A stretch of DNA of 64,000 nt from Hormiphora californensis (GCA_020137815.1 CM035360.1:4588001-4652000); one strand, 5' to 3'. Shown: positions 12,461-26,280, counted from the stretch's first letter. Numbers and translations are program-made. Notes: generated from the letters alone by a model not told the origin.

Positions 12461-13940
12461 GTCTGTAGGCTTTAAAGAAAGCTAAAATGATAATATTGAC
12501 TGTTAAATTGTCCGTGTGTGTTTGTTAATGTCTGTGAGCTGTCCTAGGACAGGAGAAATCGATTTTGTTTCTTCCTCTTGTTAATTTAAAACTTGTTTTT
12601 ACTGTCAATTCTTTCAAAATCCCTAAATTAGCTGTTTTTATCCTTGTTTGTTTTATGGTATACCCTCCTATCCGGTTAGGGTGGTGTTTGGCGTTTGCAA
12701 TGGTGCAGCACTGGGGGGGGGGGGAACCAAACAAAACTCGATGGTAAACAGGAGAGAGACTTTTCTCCCTGACGTGTCCTTTACCCCACATGTGGTTTAA
12801 AGTCGCGCGCGGGGAGTTATCGCGCGCACGTAGAGCCAGGGAGACCTCGCGTGTTACAAACATTTCACAGTGACAGAATGTCAGTGTGGAGATTCAGGCC
12901 GGTATTATTATTTGAAATAGTTCCCCACCACCTCCGCCCTCCGGTATTATATTGATCGTGGAGCTGTCTAATAATCCTTCTCAAGTCCATTGTTTCGATA
13001 TATGTTACGAAATAACACAGGAGGGGCGGGTGTGCTGTGTGAAACAACACGTCAACAGGTGTTGAGACGAACTCAGAAATCAGAATCTTCTGAGTCAGAA
13101 GATAAGATGAAACTGACATATCAATTGTGCTACCTCCGCCCTCTTGGTTCTAATTCTCTCCCGTGCAGTAGGGGGTTTCCAGACCAGAGTCAGACACTAA
13201 CAGGTGTATTTCTTCGGTTTTACTCTGTCAGAGCATTGACCTGACCCTATATATAAGTTGCACACGCTAGACAGCATATTTTAGTCACTCGACAGGGGTA
13301 ATTCGAATTTTAGTTCCAGTTGAAATTGACCCAATCAACAAGTTTCAAGACACAATGACAAAATGAGGTGATTCAAGGTAGCCTCACGGAAGGATATGTT
13401 AGACATTACCGTCGAGTCAGGGTCGGGTATTAAAAGTTGGATCAAATCTAACTTTGTTTACGTACAAAAAACAAAGCTCACAGAACATGTTATACTGGTA
13501 CTGGAAAGTATTTTTGTCGAGCAGACAAAAGCATTAAATTTACAGTCAAATAACTGGTAAGTGGTAGTCTTATATTAATATCGGAACCGCATGGCGTGGT
13601 GAGGGAGGGTGTGAACCAAGTCACACCATTAAGTGGTTGAACTCGGAATGCCGATAAACACACTGTCCTTAAAACATGTGAATGATCTCATGGTAATAGA
13701 CATGTTATATCGCACAAGACGCACATGAAAATAGCTTTTACAAAAGTTCAAAGCGTATAAACCATATTGTGCATGCAGTGGTGCTCCGTCATATTTGCCT
13801 CCTGCATATATGGAAGACGGCGTCAAGACGCGGTCCTCTCTAACAATGTGTGAATGAATATTGAATTACTAATATTTATAAGTCAACTACTATTGAAATT
13901 GTCGAACTAAAGGCAGTCGAATCTGCATCACATACTACTA

Positions 13941-14791
13941 CAGTCGGACCCCGATTTAGTGGCATCCTCGGGGGAAAAAAATCCTGCCACTAAATCGGGG
14001 TGCCACTAAATCGGGGTGAGCCATATTTGGCCCATAAAAACCTATTTTATGCCCAAAATGCTATACTAAGACACCTCTAATATTCATGTATTGATGACAT
14101 GATCATTTCTGATTAGAAATAGAAAACTATAAAATAATTTTTTTTAAATGTGTGAAAAATTTTCTAAGTTATACCAGCCCGTCCGATTTGTGTTTCGAAT
14201 CGGTGCAGCTTCCTGGATGTCCTGTCTAATTAGCGGGTTCGAAACGAACCGATACGTGATACCATGCCGAATCCGGGCACCCTAAGCGGGTGAGGAAGTA
14301 TCAAAATTTCAAAATAACTTTTTCTCTCAAAATTTATGGGGAGCACCGATCAAAGCATTGACAATCGTACTGTAAAATTTTGCAAAAAATAAGTTTTAAA
14401 ATTTTTTAAAGGTATACCAGCCACGTCCGAATCGTGTTTCGAATCGGTGCATCTTATCGCATGTCCTGCTGCTAATTAGACGGTTCGGAACGAATTGAAA
14501 CGTGATCCCCATCGAATCGAAATTCTGACGCTTGGTGAACTTATGATTAAATGGCCCCATGGGGATCACGTATCGGTTCGTTCCGAACCGTCTGATTAGC
14601 AGCAGGACATGCGATAAGATTCACTGATTCGAAACACGATTCGGACGTGGCTGGTACTCCTTTTAAAAATTTTCAAAAAAATTTCATAAAAATTTCACAA
14701 AAAAAATTCAAAAAAATTTGTGGGGGAAAAAAATCCTGCCACTAAATCGGGGTGCCACTAAATCGGGGGCCACTAAATCGGGGTCCGACTG
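13941..14791. mobile_element. Tc1/mariner-pogo-type MITE
   Basis: TIR CAGTCGGACCCCGATTTAGTGGC, TA flanks on both sides, internal inverted repeats. Confidence 0.88.
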
Positions 14792-15179
14792 TACTATAAC
14801 TCACTATTCGAGTTGTTCATGCACACGTCACAGTGTCAAGGGATTCAATACCACTATTGCAATTGTACCAAGAAATCTAAACCATTTATAGCAATGCTGT
14901 CGCCTCTAATACTTTCGGGCAGGTCATCCTCTAGAGGTAGCAATCACAAACAAGCAGCACAACGTAGACAAGACGATTCGTGTAAATAAATCGTGTAAAT
15001 AAATCCAACCTTTCGTTAAATCGGAATCGGGATGTTCTTTCGACTCTCTCACTTTGATTTAGATAAATTTAGATAAATCAAAGACTCTTGAGTTTTATTT
15101 TTGGGAAACAAACATATCAAATAAATAACAATTTTAAATACTACACAAAAGTTCATTAACTTATAAATCTGTAACAATT

Positions 15180-16316
15180 TCACGTACAAATTGTCGATGT
15201 CTGAATTATGTTACCATGTTGTCTCCGAACTGTCCTACAGTTTCTTGATTTTGAGTGCGAGGAGGAGGAAGAAGATGAGAAAGTTTTAAAAGAGTTTCCG
15301 TCATCCTCAGCTCCTTCATTTTCATCATCTTCGTCTTCGAAGAAGGAAGCAAATCCGGTCATTTTACGCTTAGGCTGAAATTATGTACGCTTTAGGTAAC
15401 AGCACGACTCACGAAGGGTTGCTGAAAAGATAAGTCTACAAATTGCAGTAGAGGATGTTTGTATCATTTTTTAATCCTAGCACGACCCGAAAGATCTATA
15501 TTCTTTAATCTCTAACTGCAGCAGTGAATTTGATAGCAACATCTCAATATCTGAACTAGCAATATTACCTGTTCTTCCCTTCCAAAGTAGCTCTCTCCAA
15601 AATGTTGCCCAAATCGCTGCCTGAACCCACCATCATCATCATCATCTTCATCGTCATTATCAGATGCTCCAAAATCAAAATGTTGCATAAAGTCACCAAA
15701 ATCAAAGCCACCCCCAAATCCACCCCCGCCCCCAAATCCTCCGAAATCACCCATCCTGATTGTGAACGCACTACCATCTCCTCCGAATGGATGTCCTCCA
15801 CCAAAGGGATGGCCTCCCTGAGCATCACCCTCTTCGTCCCCAAACATGTCGTAACGCTCTCGTTTCTCAGGATTAGAGAGCACATCGTATGCTGCATAGG
15901 ATAATAATAATAATAATGCTAAGTGAAACTCAGATAACAAAAGCCCTTTTCAGAGAAGTTAAGAACAAAAGATAGTCATGAGTTACCTTTGGCGAGTTCC
16001 TTGAACTTTTCTTCTGCGCCTGGTTCTTTATTTTTATCAGGGTGATACTTGAGTGCAAGCTTCCTGAACGATTTCTTTATCTGCTTGTCACTGGCATTCT
16101 TATCTACACCTGCAACAAAGAGACGAACTAAGTTAGTGTTGTGTATCACATAGGGATTGGGTCACCCAATCGATACTGGATCGGCTCAACCAACATTATG
16201 ATTCGGGGTCCTATCGTTCTAAAATTTATATCCAACTTACCCAATGTTTGATAATGATCCGCTGCAGCATATTGTAGAAAAACAAATCCTAGTAACAGCT
16301 TGATCACATGTGACAT
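15180..16316 (-). CDS. DNAJB9: ER DnaJ co-chaperone DNAJB9/ERdj4-like
   Basis: Exons 16316-16241, 16109-15987, 15891-15569, 15374-15180 encode a signal peptide, a J domain with [10 protein letters not shown], a G/F-rich region and a C-terminal [19 protein letters not shown] matching the DNAJB9 tail. Confidence 0.9.
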
Positions 16317-16732
16317 TTCCTGTGATGTAATACCTCACTGAGTGAAATTTGTCCTCCGACCTCCAATCACGCGACCCGCGACTAACAAGACTGACAAAAC
16401 GGTGTTCAATAAGCGGAACATGAAATTAGGAGTGATTTGGAAAGATTTAATGGACATAAACGGTGTTCCAGGTCCCTCGTTGCGGGGAGGGTGCATTTAA
16501 AACATTTTTTTAAATTCCATTTCAAAACTTGGAAAATTTGGCGAAACTCGAAGGAAAAAAATCGAAATTTCGATTGTTTTTTCTTCAAGGCACGCGCGCG
16601 AGGAATGCAGCGTAAAAATTAAAATTTCGCGTCGCAACTGCATGCGGCGCGCGTATGGCAAACGAACTCGAATCAGATTTCTTTTTTCACTTGTTCATTC
16701 GCCTAGATTTCGGAATTTTTATTTCTGCGATT

Positions 16733-16847
16733 TATCTCTGGTTCCTGATAAGATAGAGACTTCATACCGGGTGCATTGGAAAGAGAATTTCAATACCTTT
16801 CGAATGCATTCGGGATAAAGTCTTTATCTTATAAGGAACCGGAGATA
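16733..16847. repeat. Palindromic element upstream of DNAJB9
   Basis: TATCTCTGGTTCCTGATAAGATA...TATCTTATAAGGAACCGGAGATA; similar to 60078-60190. Confidence 0.7.
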
Positions 16848-17420
16848 TAATTGTTTGAAGAAAGACCCCATCACGTGGTTCACTTGCGGCGGCGGCGGCA
16901 AGCCATGGTGCGGTGGTACAGCCTCGACAATTAAAGTAAGAGTGGATAGGACAGAGGCAAAGTTGGACGGGATTGTTGCGGGTAGTGGGTAGATAGTGGA
17001 CCTTCAGAGCATTTTGTCTTTTCCCCACTCTCCGCATCCATGAATTTGTCTCTGAGAAATTTTGATAAGGCCGGGCACTCCTCTCTCTGCACTCTGCAGA
17101 GGTGCAGCAGTAGGTCTGTTTTATCGGTGCATCTTTTGAGAGCGAGAGGGGGGTGGGTGCTTTTACCAACTCTGACTTTGTCCACTCTCTGTTTGACAAT
17201 CACTATGTGTGATTATGACCTGTTACCGCATGGTTTATTTTGCCCACACCAGTTATTTAAACACACTACGTGGTGACAAATTACAAATTCTAGTGCCTTA
17301 CTTTGGTTATTACAAAATAGACCTTGGTTATTAAAAAATACGATAATAACATGATAACATGATAACATGATAACATGATAACATTGTTATAGTCCCAACT
17401 GTCCGCACTAAAATATGATA

Positions 17421-18881
17421 CTACTGAGAGTCTTTCTTTAACGACGTATCACCATCCACAGTAGCTAGTGTCTTATACCGATCTCCGATAGTTACTCCCT
17501 TTCTGCAACTCATCACCCAACAAACAACATAGCAGCCCAGGCTCACCAAATACACCGCCCCCACAGCTGCCATACTGGGAATCTCCGCTGCTCTCGTTCT
17601 GGGTAGTCCTGCTAGGAAAGTACCGGGTATCCCCGGAAGGGAGACCATAACATTGAACCACCGGGCACCAATCTCAGCCAATCCCACGGTAGGCACTCCC
17701 CAGGACGAGCAAAGGGCAAATTGAGAGGGCACAGTTAGGGCCATGTGGACGGCAGCTCCTATTCCCATAACAATACACCCCGGAATGAGGAGAGAACGAG
17801 GCATGTAAGGAGTTGTCGAGCCGTATATCATGATAATACCTCCATAGAAACATGTTACCAGGATGCATATCAGTGGGAATATCTTCCTACCTCCCAGTTT
17901 CCGGCTCAGAACGGAGCATATCAAAGAAGCAATAAACCCAACTACGAATATCATACTTGTTATCAGTGCAGCGTCCTCGATGGTCCAACCAGCGAACTCA
18001 GTAGCCCTGTAGACGATGTTGTAGCCGAGGGTGACGGTGGTGTAGGCATTGCAAAACACCACTACATCGGGGAGGAAAATGGTGACCTTCTGGGGCAATG
18101 TTAGGTTCTTCAAGCAGTTGGTGCTTTGGGTATCTTGGACTGTTTGCGGAGGTGCAGGTCTTAGCTTCTCGCTGGATCTAATTACAGGGAGTAGAACAAT
18201 GGGAAGAAGGAGGAAAGCGGAGATTCCAGGTGCGGCTATTGTCCATCCTCCGGCAGCGTAGGAGTTTGCTCCTGCAATGGTTGCTATGGTGAAACTGATT
18301 GGAATTCCACTTGATATGATTGGAGCGACTGCTGATTTGTTCGTTATAAATCTCTCCAAGACCTCCCCGAATGACTCCACGAACAGGACTGCGGTTGCCA
18401 GGCCAAGTATGACACGTGACACAGCAATGAGTGTGTATAGAATGACGTCATTGGTGATGTCATCAAGTGCCATCATCGGCATGTTGCTGAGAAGTGTAAT
18501 CATGAGACAGACGAAGTTCCGAACCCATAGTGGTAGAGCCTTCCAGCGAGGGCTACATTGGGCAAAGTAGGGCCCGACTAACTGGGCAAGGAGGCCCAAA
18601 GAGGTCACTCCGAGCCCAACCGTTGTATTTAGTCCTTTGTTTTTTAGAAAGATAAAAAAGATAGGAATCGGGTAAGCCTGTACGACCTTGAGAGAAAATA
18701 TGGAAAACCAGGCGTATAGGATGATAAGAGAGGTACGAAGTTTGGTAAACTTGGGTAGTTGCGATGATTCGTGCTGTTCCAGAATCATGGATTGGTCCTC
18801 AGGAACATCCCGTTCATTCATCTCATCGCTCTCATTTGGCATGTTTCCAGCTATCTCTGCAGGCTCCTTATTTGGACACAT
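17421..18881 (-). CDS. Intronless major facilitator superfamily transporter
   Basis: 486 aa with about 12 hydrophobic helices, an SRVILGLA MFS motif and SRKLGGRK in the second-half loop. Confidence 0.82.
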   Translation of the reverse strand: MCPNKEPAEIAGNMPNESDEMNERDVPEDQSMILEQHESSQLPKFTKLRTSLIILYAWFSIFSLKVVQAYPIPIFFIFLKNKGLNTTVGLGVTSLGLLAQLVGPYFAQCSPRWKALPLWVRNFVCLMITLLSNMPMMALDDITNDVILYTLIAVSRVILGLATAVLFVESFGEVLERFITNKSAVAPIISSGIPISFTIATIAGANSYAAGGWTIAAPGISAFLLLPIVLLPVIRSSEKLRPAPPQTVQDTQSTNCLKNLTLPQKVTIFLPDVVVFCNAYTTVTLGYNIVYRATEFAGWTIEDAALITSMIFVVGFIASLICSVLSRKLGGRKIFPLICILVTCFYGGIIMIYGSTTPYMPRSLLIPGCIVMGIGAAVHMALTVPSQFALCSSWGVPTVGLAEIGARWFNVMVSLPGIPGTFLAGLPRTRAAEIPSMAAVGAVYLVSLGCYVVCWVMSCRKGVTIGDRYKTLATVDGDTSLKKDSQ

Positions 18882-18948
18882 GACACTACAGCTGGTTATT
18901 GACGTATTATTAGGTTGGATAATAGGCTACTACAAAATACAGGATATA

Positions 18949-21013
18949 CCGTAAGTTGGGGTAACTTTGTACCACTTTTTAGCATTCTCCTAAAATAACT
19001 CCTTGCCAGAACCACACTCGAAAATTTTTGAACCAAATAATCCCGTTCCAGACCTAGTACACCAGATATAACTAGTGAAATTTTTGGTCCCCTCTCATTT
19101 AATTACATTAATTAGCGTGTATTTTAGTGTAAGTGGGGTTTTAGGGCATGGGGTAACTTTGGAATGAGGGTGGGGTAACTTTGGACACCCGTCCAAAGTT
19201 ACCCCACGATAGTAATATTGGAACAAACATAAATCCGAACATTTTGCAATGATAAATAAATGAACCTAAAATGTTTAAATGGGGTTTAAATGGGTCAATA
19301 AATTAAAAAAGAACAATAGGGTTAGCCAAACGCCCCATGATTTAAAAAACATTTGTTGATGTCGGCTCAACTTTTTTGGGTGTGAGGAATGATGAAACTA
19401 GCCACCAAATAAAATTTCAGCTCAATCGGACTTGATTTAGAGGTTGCCACATCCGACCTGAAACCCATCAAACTTCAGTAATTTGGGGTCCCTCATCCAT
19501 CCTGTAGTTTGGTAGATGGTATTGGCCCTATAGTTCTTTTTGCTGAATTGGATAGACAGGAAGTGGTCTACTTATAATGGGTACTGGCTAAATAAAGGAG
19601 TTTTGGTACCTGTGCTCCTGCATAGATTGTCTACAAGAACTAGAACACTCGCCTAGAGATCCAATACCATCTAACAAGCTACAGGATGGACGAGGAACCC
19701 CAAATTATTGAAGTTTGATGGGTTTCAGGCCGGATTTCTGTGATTTAGCTCCATAAAATAGTTCAAATCGTAGTTTTTTTTCACTAACCTATCGAATAGA
19801 TGGATGGAAATGGGCGTGGAGTGGGCTGAATCTAGGTTATATGAGGCATAAACTCTGGCCACTGGCACGTTATTTCAGATACCTTTCTCCCAGCGCGCCG
19901 CTGGGAGAAGGTAGCTGTAGTTTATCCGCCAGTGGCGGATAAACTGGTTTAAATCACGACGACGATCCTGAGGCGTAGCCGAGGGAGAGGCGGAGGGGTT
20001 TAAACCAATAACGTGCCATTGGTCAGAGTTTATGGGTTATATACCCTGCTTTAGTTGTTTGTTTCAAGTATTACACACTAACAAGAGAGAGAACACTAAT
20101 CAAAACACACAAAGAGAACTGAGAAACAGTCAAAAACATCTCTCAATTGAGTGTACATTGTTTGGTAACAGTTACTAAGGAGAGAGAGAAAGAAATAACA
20201 AGATATGGGGCATGCCAGACATAACACAGAGGAATTGAGATAGTGAAACAAAAGGGGAGATAAAGAGAGAGAAATTGACGGAATGTGTTGTTTCTTTCTC
20301 TCCAATGCAGTGTGTAACTCTTGCAAACAGTGTTCCCTCTGTATTTCAGTAAGAACTGATCATTTACACACACTTTGAATGTAACATAGGAGTTAATAAT
20401 AAACAGCCAGCCAGTGGGAAATAATCTGCCGCTGGACTGGCTGTATATTGAGAGCGCGCCAGTGGGACTTCTCGCCGCTGGCGGGTTATTTAAATTAGCA
20501 GGGTATATATGGCCCTAAACAATTCAGAGAGGGTCTAAGGCAACTCTACAGACATCAAAAATTCCAAACCTGTAGTGTGGGGTAACTTTGGCACCCCGTC
20601 CAAAGTTACCCCAAAATTCAAAAAATGGTGGGGTAACATTTGCCACCCCTATTAGTCTCAATTAAAGTAATTGATCGGGTTTGAAAAATGGTGCCCCGAA
20701 TTATTTGATCGAAACCCTTCCACTCTATGGAGCAAACTTGATTCGGTCATTAGCCCGGTCAAATCTATGGTACCCATTTTGATTTGAACATTTTAAGCGA
20801 TTTTGACATCAATTATGTTTGCCCCTAATTAGGAGCTAATTAGCATAGAATTGAAAAAATAATTGTACCGTTAGTTAGACATTTGTAGGTCAATTACTTG
20901 TACACCCCAAAATTATGCCAAATCTGTCGTTATCTGTTGGTAATTTTGGGCTAAAGCCAAATTTTGAAAGTGTCCAAAGTTACCCTGCAAAACAAAGTTA
21001 CCCCAGATTACGG
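18949..21013. mobile_element. Non-autonomous TA-target DNA transposon (pogo/Tc1-like) with nested insertions
   Basis: TA|CCGTAAGTTGGGGTAACTTTG ... CAAAGTTACCCCAGATTACGG|TA, with repeated subterminal GGGGTAACTTTG motifs. Confidence 0.82.
19838..20509. mobile_element. Copy 2 (inverted) of the 3399-4055 element, nested in the 18949-21013 element
   Basis: Reverse-complement similarity over the full length. Confidence 0.8.
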
Positions 21014-21173
21014 TATGAGATATTATAGTAATGCGTAAATTATCGTCAAGGTAAGTTAAAACCGTGCGTGTGGACAGTTAAGTATGTAGCAAGTAGTAAG
21101 CAGCATGTTTTTGAGTATGGCTTACAACACTACAACAGCACACAAACGCAAATTATGAAAGACTAATAGGGCC

Positions 21174-21305
21174 AGGGATCCCTAAAAAAGTTCAGTATTT
21201 ACACAGCGTTTACACCGGTGTGCTGTGATTGGCTAAAATTTCAGATGATGGAATTCCATCATGGTGTAAACGCTGTGTAAATACTGAACTTTTTCAGGGA
21301 TCCCT
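21174..21305. mobile_element. Palindromic MITE
   Basis: AGGGATCCCTAAAAAAGTTCAGTATTTACACAGCGTTTACACC with its inverted match at the right end. Confidence 0.75.
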
Positions 21306-22684
21306 ATAAGTATGACTATGCTCAGCCCGAGTTAAGAGAAGGGTTGGTAGCGAAATTACCCCTCGCACGGCCACGGGGGCATCGCGGTAGTAAGGCATAT
21401 TTTAGCAGGCCCACAAGGTAAGGGTAATTTGGTTACCATATGTCCATATACCAAAGAGAAGGGTACCACACTGGGCACAGCTCAGGGGGCCTCTAGTGCA
21501 GTAGTTCCCTTCAGAACTTCAGAATGTATGCATAAATTCTGAAGCTCTGTATGACAAATTAATGGCTAATGCTTATATGAAAGAAATTCATTGATCTTAG
21601 AGGCTACTGATACAGCTATTTTAGGGATTTTAGAGGGTATAGATTTGTCTCATGCATTACATATAAGGTATAACATGACCTGCTGTAATTATAGAGCCAT
21701 GGCAAATGCAGATTTGTGAACACGTGAGGTAGCTGTAAATACAGTCCTGTATATCCATGTCTGTTATAAAGACCTCTATACATTGTGTACTACAAGTGTA
21801 CCAACAATCAACATAGTTTAACTGCTCAAGCTTTCGACAAGCAATCTTGGACTGGATACGAACTGTATCTTGCAGGGAGGCTCTGTGAGGAACTGACACC
21901 TGTGCAACTAACGAAGATGATAACAAGATCTGATCACAAGCAACTATTCAAGAACACACATGAGAGTGAGAGTAAAATGAATGAGATGCAGGTGGCACGC
22001 ATGATTTCACACGAATCATACACCATCCATAATGTAATTCATAGCAATACAGTAGTGGTTAGACGAATGGTTTACTAATTACTAGCGTGTATAGCTTAGT
22101 ATACACACTAGTAATTAGTAAACTGTATACAGCTATTGTATAGCATCATACATCCAGACAAGACATCATTCCTCTGAAGCACTACCAGGTCGCTATTACT
22201 AGTATGTACATTGTACATACTAGGAGTAGGAGCAGCTTTCCGAAGTGTTAAAATCCGTCCAAGTGCTGAGATTATAATTGTTAGGAGCGTGTATACAGTG
22301 TGCAACTCACACCCGATACCTGATTGCTTTGGCAGTGTCAGGAGTACAATCTACAAGTTCAAAACAACAAGGGTTAATTAATAGTTAGCAATAGAATACA
22401 AAGTTTATGGAATTGTCCTAAAGGCAGCCATAAAATGAAAAATTGTAAAAAGATACATTATATCCTGTATAATAATTGGGGTGTGGAGAAGTTCTCAGAA
22501 GTTCATAAAAAAAGAGATATTAATGTTCTCTAAACCCGCCAGCTTAGCCTCACATTCAAGTCTGTTTCAAGTTTTTATTTGCATATTACGGTCTCTTGTC
22601 TAGATTTTCAGGATTCCCCGGGCTTCGAGGTTAGACGCTGAGTATCGTAAAAGAGCACTCCATATATGGGCATCACGTGGTATA

Positions 22685-25243
22685 TTACACCTCATCTGGT
22701 TTAGGACAGCAGGGACAGGGAACTGCCTCGGGGCAGCACGTACACAACATCCACTCGAATTTATCAGCACAACATGCAAACATCCAGTGTATTACTACCG
22801 TAAACAGCTGAAATGAGAGCCGGGAGTTTAACTGGACAATATCATATACATGAGAGGCTAAATTACTGTTGATTAGGAAATTATATGGACGCTTTACTGA
22901 CATATCAACTAAGAACTGCAAGGTAAATTAACATGTAGCTGTCAGAGCATTGGCCTGACAGAATGCAACCTACCATGTAATTAATATCAACTATGAAGTA
23001 TGTATGCAAGGGTAATTTGCCTGGCTAGACTGTGTTTCGGGCGCCCCGCTCCCGAATCATTTCCTTTACAAATGTAAAGGGAGGGTTAGAACATAGCAAA
23101 GGGTTATATAGGACCTACCATGTAAGCGAATAGGATAGATGCTGCATTGTAATAGGACCTACCATGTAAGCGAATAGGATAGATGCTGCATTGTGCGCCC
23201 ACAGACGGGTTTTTCCGACAGTCCCCATCCCTAATTCCAGTAAGATAAACATGGCAATTAAACAAAACACTGCAGGAAGTTAATGATTTAAAGTATAATT
23301 AAAAACCTTATTCTAGTTTTTTTTATCTGTATGAACAATGGATAGTTAGGGGAGCTACCCTAAGAGCTCAGCTACCTATAAACCAGTTATAACACTTACA
23401 CTGAACGCATCTTATGATAGGGCATGACCAATCTTCTGATGATTGGTGTCATAAAATCAAAAACCACCTGATATCGTAGAAATTGGTTACAATTTTCACG
23501 GTGGTGAATTGTGAAAAGTGAAAACTCTCTATTTTCATGTAGCCCAATAACCCGCTTGGGCATGTGTAACATATGGCTACTGCAGGTTTACACAAAACTA
23601 ATAATCACGTGATAATACTTACCCACAAAATCCAAAGAATGGAACAAACGATGGTTCCTAGCCAGACTCCAAACATAAATCCTATTGTTGAGTTGACAAT
23701 GTCCTTGTTGTACAATGAGGCCCAACCTAAAATGAATTCATGAACTATTGAATGATGAATCATTAAATGATTACGATCAAGCTCCTCCGTTATTAGGTCG
23801 AGTGAGATCTCACTCACTTTAGTTCTGTCTCGAGGATAAAATGCAAAATAAAAATAAAAGAAGAAAAAATGCAAGACTCAAAGTTGATCATGGCAAGAAA
23901 TATAATCAGTACACCGACTAGGAACCGACCGAATCAGTAAATACTGGTCCCTGATCGATTGGCTGATAACCAGTCAAGTGACCTAAATAACGAGTTCTGA
24001 TTGGTTGTTTACTTGTGCATGGCAGGAACGATAATCAGTACACCTACTACATAGTTGGATATGATATCCCCTCTTCTTCTCTCCCTCATGGGCTGTTTTC
24101 GCGTGCGCGTGCTACACCGTGCCAAAACCTACCAGCACTCCACGGGCAACTCCCTGACGTCTTGTATCGGTCCTTCATGGGCGTTAACTTCTCCGGATCA
24201 TCGCTCTCCCACACACTGTAAACATCGTATTCGTACTCCCGGTAGCACCAGTACCACGGTCCGAAGGAACACTGTCATGGGGTGTGATAGTTGAGCAACA
24301 TGACAAGGGCCTGAAGGAGCACTGTCATGGGGTGTGATAAATGAGCAACATGACAAGGGTGCGAAGGAACACTGTCATGGGGTGTGATAAATGAGCAACA
24401 TGACAAGGGTTCAAAGGAGCACTGTCATGGGGTGTGATAAATGAGCAACATGGCAGGGTGATTTGACAAGGGAGCACTGTGACAGGTGATGGGGGTATAT
24501 GACAGATCAGCCATTTCTTGACAACTCATCGTTGTGGTGAAAACGCGAATTTTTCGCTATTACGTCGCGCGGGTGGAAGGAAACTCATACGCCGGGACAA
24601 TGATAAACCACTAATCACCATTAATTATCATTAATTACCATTAATTATGCCAATTACTATTAATTACCACTAATTACCTGTTTTCCATACCACTTTTCAC
24701 TGTCCAGCAGCATGACACCGGTGGGCCCAACTACCCAGAACCCGGAGAAGACAGCACCGTTCCATGTACAGAATTCCGCCCAGTGAGCCAGGAAGAGAAG
24801 GTAAACAATAGGGTGGTGCTTCAACTGCAGGGAGGGGGATCAGCCAGATCAGACATGATACGCATGGCAGAAAGAATGGAAAAATGGACAGAGAGACTGA
24901 CAGACAGATATAAAACCAATATAGAGATCGATGACAACCAATATAACAGATTGAGACAAACCTTATACCAGGGTGGTCCCTCTTTTTTCGGAGCCTGAGA
25001 TCCAGCTTCACTGGCATCACTCATGCTTTTTACTATGGATAAAAGGGAAACAAACTTACACAAGTAAACAACCAATCAGAACTCGTTATTTAGGTCACGT
25101 AACTGGTTATCAGCCAATCAGGGACCAGTATTTTCTGATTCGGTCGGTTCCCCTTACAAAACACAAACAAGAGAATCACCTAGGATCACAGCTGATGTAG
25201 ACAGCATGTAGATGGAGACTATAACTTGTATTGTGTACCTTTT

Positions 25244-25342
<99 letters not shown>

Positions 25343-25908
25343 GAAATCACAAAAATCGTATATTCGTATAGAGCTTCCGGAACGTACAGATAGTGAACTG
25401 AATCGAAGTGAGTGACGAGTACAGATGAATTTTATTCGAAAATCGCTTGAATTGTGCACTGTGCAGTGTGCAGTTGTGCACACCATTTGTATTTGCCAAG
25501 CTGAAACTGCTCTTCCCGAATTCGTTACTTTAGTTGTACTAGTATGTTAGTTTCAAAATTGTTAATCTAGCCAGCCAGGTATCTGGTATATCGGCAGAAG
25601 AGCAATCGAGTACATAAGATGTGTTTCAACTTTTTAAACTAAAATTGTAACGTTTTCAAGCTGGCTGGCGCCCGGTAAAACATAAGGTTAGTTGTTGGCT
25701 GATTTATATTAATATTACTACTTGGCTGTCTTTTCTAATCAAAACGTAAACGGTAAATATTGCTCTTGTTGGCCTACTACAGCGTGTACGGGGTGTGGCG
25801 TGTGTGTGTGCCAAGTGGGGCTGACGGACGAGCAGTCCCAGCCAATTAGCGGGTCAATTATCCTTTTAGGAAGAGACCCTGTACATCAACCCCTCCCCCT
25901 TCTCTCTT

Positions 25909-25939
<31 letters not shown>

Positions 25940-26280
25940 TTCTGTCTCTGTCTCTCTCTCTTTCCCCTTTCTCTCTCTCTCTCTCTCTCTCCTTCTCTCC
26001 CTCTACTCTCTCCATCACCCTGTCAAACATATATCTTGCGTGTCACAGTATGTACCCTGATTACCTTTCTCTGTGTATCCGCCTAATTATGGGAAACTGC
26101 TGTAAAACAGGGGGCAAAGTTGAGACACACGCGGTGCCGTCCAGACTCCATGTCTGAGACTCGGCCCGGAAATTGATGGCTCGACGTACTTCACCACTTC
26201 AATTAGAGTACTTCACCACTTCAATTAGAACTTACTTACCTACTAGATAGCACGGCCTTCATGCACCTTTCTACTGCCAT
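22685..26280 (-). CDS. Small membrane protein (~160 aa) with a Cys-rich C-terminal tail, unknown family
   Basis: Exons 26280-26240, 26083-26065, 24824-24678, 24092-24044, 23726-23623, 22807-22685 join in frame: [10 protein letters not shown]...[15 protein letters not shown]...[33 protein letters not shown]...[19 protein letters not shown]. Confidence 0.62.
23920..24014 (+). repeat. Short interspersed repeat (AGGAACCGACCGAATCAG...GATTGGTTGTTTAC)
   Basis: An inverted second copy lies at ~25058-25152. Confidence 0.75.
24262..24490. repeat. ~50-bp tandem repeat, about 4 copies
   Basis: Unit GAAGGAACACTGTCATGGGGTGTGATAAATGAGCAACATGACAAGGGT. Confidence 0.9.

Noticed and set aside
12865-13119. Minus ORF containing GGRRWWG, a possible neuropeptide precursor
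   Set aside because: No signal peptide and no repeated cleavage or amidation pattern.
21785-22078. Protein-like plus-strand ORF (AQAFDKQSWTGYELY...)
   Set aside because: No recognisable domain and no convincing splice partners; it may be antisense to a 3' UTR.
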